Assembly (NCBI GenBank): GCA_963720545.1
Contig: OY970399.1
Location: 2,304,001 to 2,368,000, forward strand
DNA from: an uncultured Acidobacteriota bacterium
Lineage (GTDB): Bacteria > Acidobacteriota > Vicinamibacteria > Fen-336
Reading direction: 5' to 3'
DNA length: 64,000 bases
The first letter of the stretch is position 1; the number at the start of each line of letters is the position of its first letter. Shown in pieces: positions 62,094 to 64,000 of the stretch. The translations under genes were made by a program, and so were the position numbers. The notes below the pieces were generated by a model. The model was not told the origin of the DNA and did no database searches. It worked only from the letters and a program-made list of their open reading frames with translations.

Positions 62094-62977
62094 GCGCCGC
62101 GTTGCGGGAGGCCGGCGTGCCGTTTCGCGAGCAGGAGCCGTTCGCCCGCCACACGACGATGGGCGTCGGCGGCCCGGCGGCTCTCATGGCCTTCCCGCGC
62201 TCGCGCGACGAACTGCGCAAGACGCTGCGCGTGCGCCGCGACTTCCAGGCGCCGCACCGCATCCTCGGCGGCGGTTCGAACCTGGTGGTGGTCGACGCCG
62301 GGCTCGACGAGCTGGTGGTGAACACGGAACACCTGAGCCGCGTCGAGCTGCACGACGACGGCTCGGTCAGCGCCGAGGGCGGCGCCAACGTGATCCGCAC
62401 CGTGGTGCGCTGCTGCCGCGCCGGCCTCAAGGGCGTGCAGAGTGCCGTCGGCATCCCCGGCTCGGTCGGCGGCGCCGCGGTGATGAACGCCGGCGCCTAC
62501 GGCTTCTCGATCAGCGACGTGATGACGCGCATCGAGGTGCTCGACGCGGACGGCGAGCAGGTGGCGCCGCCGCAGGGCTGGCAGTTCCACTACCGCGGCT
62601 CGACGATCCCCGAAGGCAACACCGTGGCGTCGATCACGCTCGCCCTGGAGAGAGCCGACCCGGCGCCGCTCGCAGCGGAGATTCGCGAGCTGCAGATGCA
62701 GCGCGTGCGCAGCCAGCCGCGCGGCCGCAACGCCGGCTGCGTCTTCAAGAACCCCGCGGGGGCCTCGGCCGGGCGCATCCTCGATCAGGTGGGCCTCAAG
62801 GGCACGCGCCGCGGCCATGCGGTGATCAGCGACCAGCACGCGAACTTCGTGGTCAACGAGGGTGGCGCCACCGCCGCCGAGGTCCTCGAGCTCGTGGACC
62901 TCGCGCGCGACAAGGCGCGCGCCGACGCGGGCATCGCGCTCGAGATGGAAGTCAGGGTCTGGAGGCCGCGCGCATGA
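62078..62977 (+). CDS. murB: UDP-N-acetylenolpyruvoylglucosamine reductase
   Basis: [28 protein letters not shown]. Confidence 0.94.
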   Translation: MDPAVSAALREAGVPFREQEPFARHTTMGVGGPAALMAFPRSRDELRKTLRVRRDFQAPHRILGGGSNLVVVDAGLDELVVNTEHLSRVELHDDGSVSAEGGANVIRTVVRCCRAGLKGVQSAVGIPGSVGGAAVMNAGAYGFSISDVMTRIEVLDADGEQVAPPQGWQFHYRGSTIPEGNTVASITLALERADPAPLAAEIRELQMQRVRSQPRGRNAGCVFKNPAGASAGRILDQVGLKGTRRGHAVISDQHANFVVNEGGATAAEVLELVDLARDKARADAGIALEMEVRVWRPRA

Positions 62978-63933
62978 GCGAGCCGGTCCAGAAGAAGCTC
63001 GCCTTCAGCGCCGCGGCCAGGCCGCGGGTGCGCCCGCTGAAGACTCCGGACACGGAAGCCAGCGGCGGCAACGACGACGCGCCGTTCCTGCGGCCGAAGA
63101 CCCGCATGCGCGTGCGCCGCGGCCGCCGCTCGCTGGCGGCGCGGGTGTTGCTGGGCGCGCAGCTGCTGGCGGCCGTGCTGATCACCGTCGCCGGCACCTG
63201 GTATGCGGTGCAGTCGGTGCTGCACAGCGAGCGGCTCAAGGTGCGGCGCCTGCTGGTGCGCGGCAATCACTACCTTTCCGATGGGGAAGTGCGCGAGCTG
63301 CTGGGCCCGGCGCTCGGCGAGAACATCCTGGCGCTCGACATCGCCGAAGCGCGCGGGCGCCTCGACGCCTCGCCGTGGGTCGCCGCGGCCACCATCCGCC
63401 GCAGCCTGCCGAACGGCCTGCAGGTCGAGATCGTCGAGCGCCATCCAGTGGCCCTCGCCGAGATCGACCAGCTGTACCTGATGGACGGCGACGGCACGCT
63501 CATCGACATCTACGGCCCGCGCACTTCCGAGTTCGACCTGCCGGTGGTGCGCGGCCTCAGCGGCATCTCGGTCGAGGCGCGCGGCTGGCGCGCGGAACGC
63601 GCCGGCGCCCTGCTCGCCGACCTCGGCGAGAAGGCCGACGAGATCTCCGAAGTGACCGTCGAGCCGAGCGGCGACCTGCGCGCGGTGCTGCGCGGCAGCC
63701 AGGTGGTGCTGCGCCTCGGGGCGCCGCCCTACCTGCGGCGCTTCGAGCGCTTCCTCGCGCTGCGCGACGAACTCTTGGAGCGCACGCCGAACGCCGAGTA
63801 CTTCGACCTTCGTTTTCGTGACCGGATCCTCGCCAAGCTGCCCTCCGCCGGGGCGGTCGCCGCGGTCTTCGGAGCGCACGGCTCCCTGACCCCGGCGTCG
63901 CTCGGGCAAGCGCTGGCGCCGATACCGGATTGA
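62974..63933 (+). CDS. ftsQ: Cell division protein FtsQ/DivIB
   Basis: TM followed by POTRA (V.GN, PWV..A.IRR.LP..L.VEI.ER); C-terminal YFDLRF. Confidence 0.9.
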   Translation: MSEPVQKKLAFSAAARPRVRPLKTPDTEASGGNDDAPFLRPKTRMRVRRGRRSLAARVLLGAQLLAAVLITVAGTWYAVQSVLHSERLKVRRLLVRGNHYLSDGEVRELLGPALGENILALDIAEARGRLDASPWVAAATIRRSLPNGLQVEIVERHPVALAEIDQLYLMDGDGTLIDIYGPRTSEFDLPVVRGLSGISVEARGWRAERAGALLADLGEKADEISEVTVEPSGDLRAVLRGSQVVLRLGAPPYLRRFERFLALRDELLERTPNAEYFDLRFRDRILAKLPSAGAVAAVFGAHGSLTPASLGQALAPIPD

Positions 63934-63965
63934 AGCGCACTCGCAATGCGGGGAGGCAAAGAGCA

Positions 63966-64000
63966 GTGACCAGGAAAAAAGACCGCTACATAGTCGGACT
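63966..64000 (+). CDS. ftsA: Start of cell division protein FtsA (truncated by window)
   Basis: GGAGG, then GTG-TRKKDRYIVGL, matching the FtsA N-terminal IVGLD motif; follows ftsQ. Confidence 0.7.
   Translation, partial: MTRKKDRYIVG

Overview
Very GC-rich bacterial chromosomal window; gene content is compatible with an Acidobacteriota-like diderm, which is inference only. In order: a heterodimeric ABC exporter pair, an HExxH protease, dNK and folK (minus strand); a TetR/FadR-controlled beta-oxidation operon (fadD, fadN-like, thiolase, acyl-CoA dehydrogenase) with a palindromic operator; a ~25 kb Wzx/Wzy-type surface polysaccharide locus (O-antigen-ligase-like protein, flippase, 7 glycosyltransferase genes, 4 SAM methyltransferases, deacetylase, AsnB-type amidotransferase, WecA-like, OM barrel, Wza, Wzc); a secreted protein; an apparently uncharacterised RiPP cassette; fur, menC-like, folC and a secreted hypothetical; and a dcw cluster (two tandem mraZ, rsmH through ftsQ, start of ftsA). 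The highlight is the RiPP cassette at 39633-43774. It has a nucleotidyltransferase, an S24/S26 peptidase with Cys at the nucleophile position, a PqqD/RRE, an HPr-kinase-like protein, a radical SAM/SPASM enzyme, and a 53-aa precursor missed by the ORF track (YxxP leader, 2 Cys, C-terminal Ser). No rRNA, tRNA, CRISPR array or mobile element was recognised. All calls come from motif reading; no searches were run.
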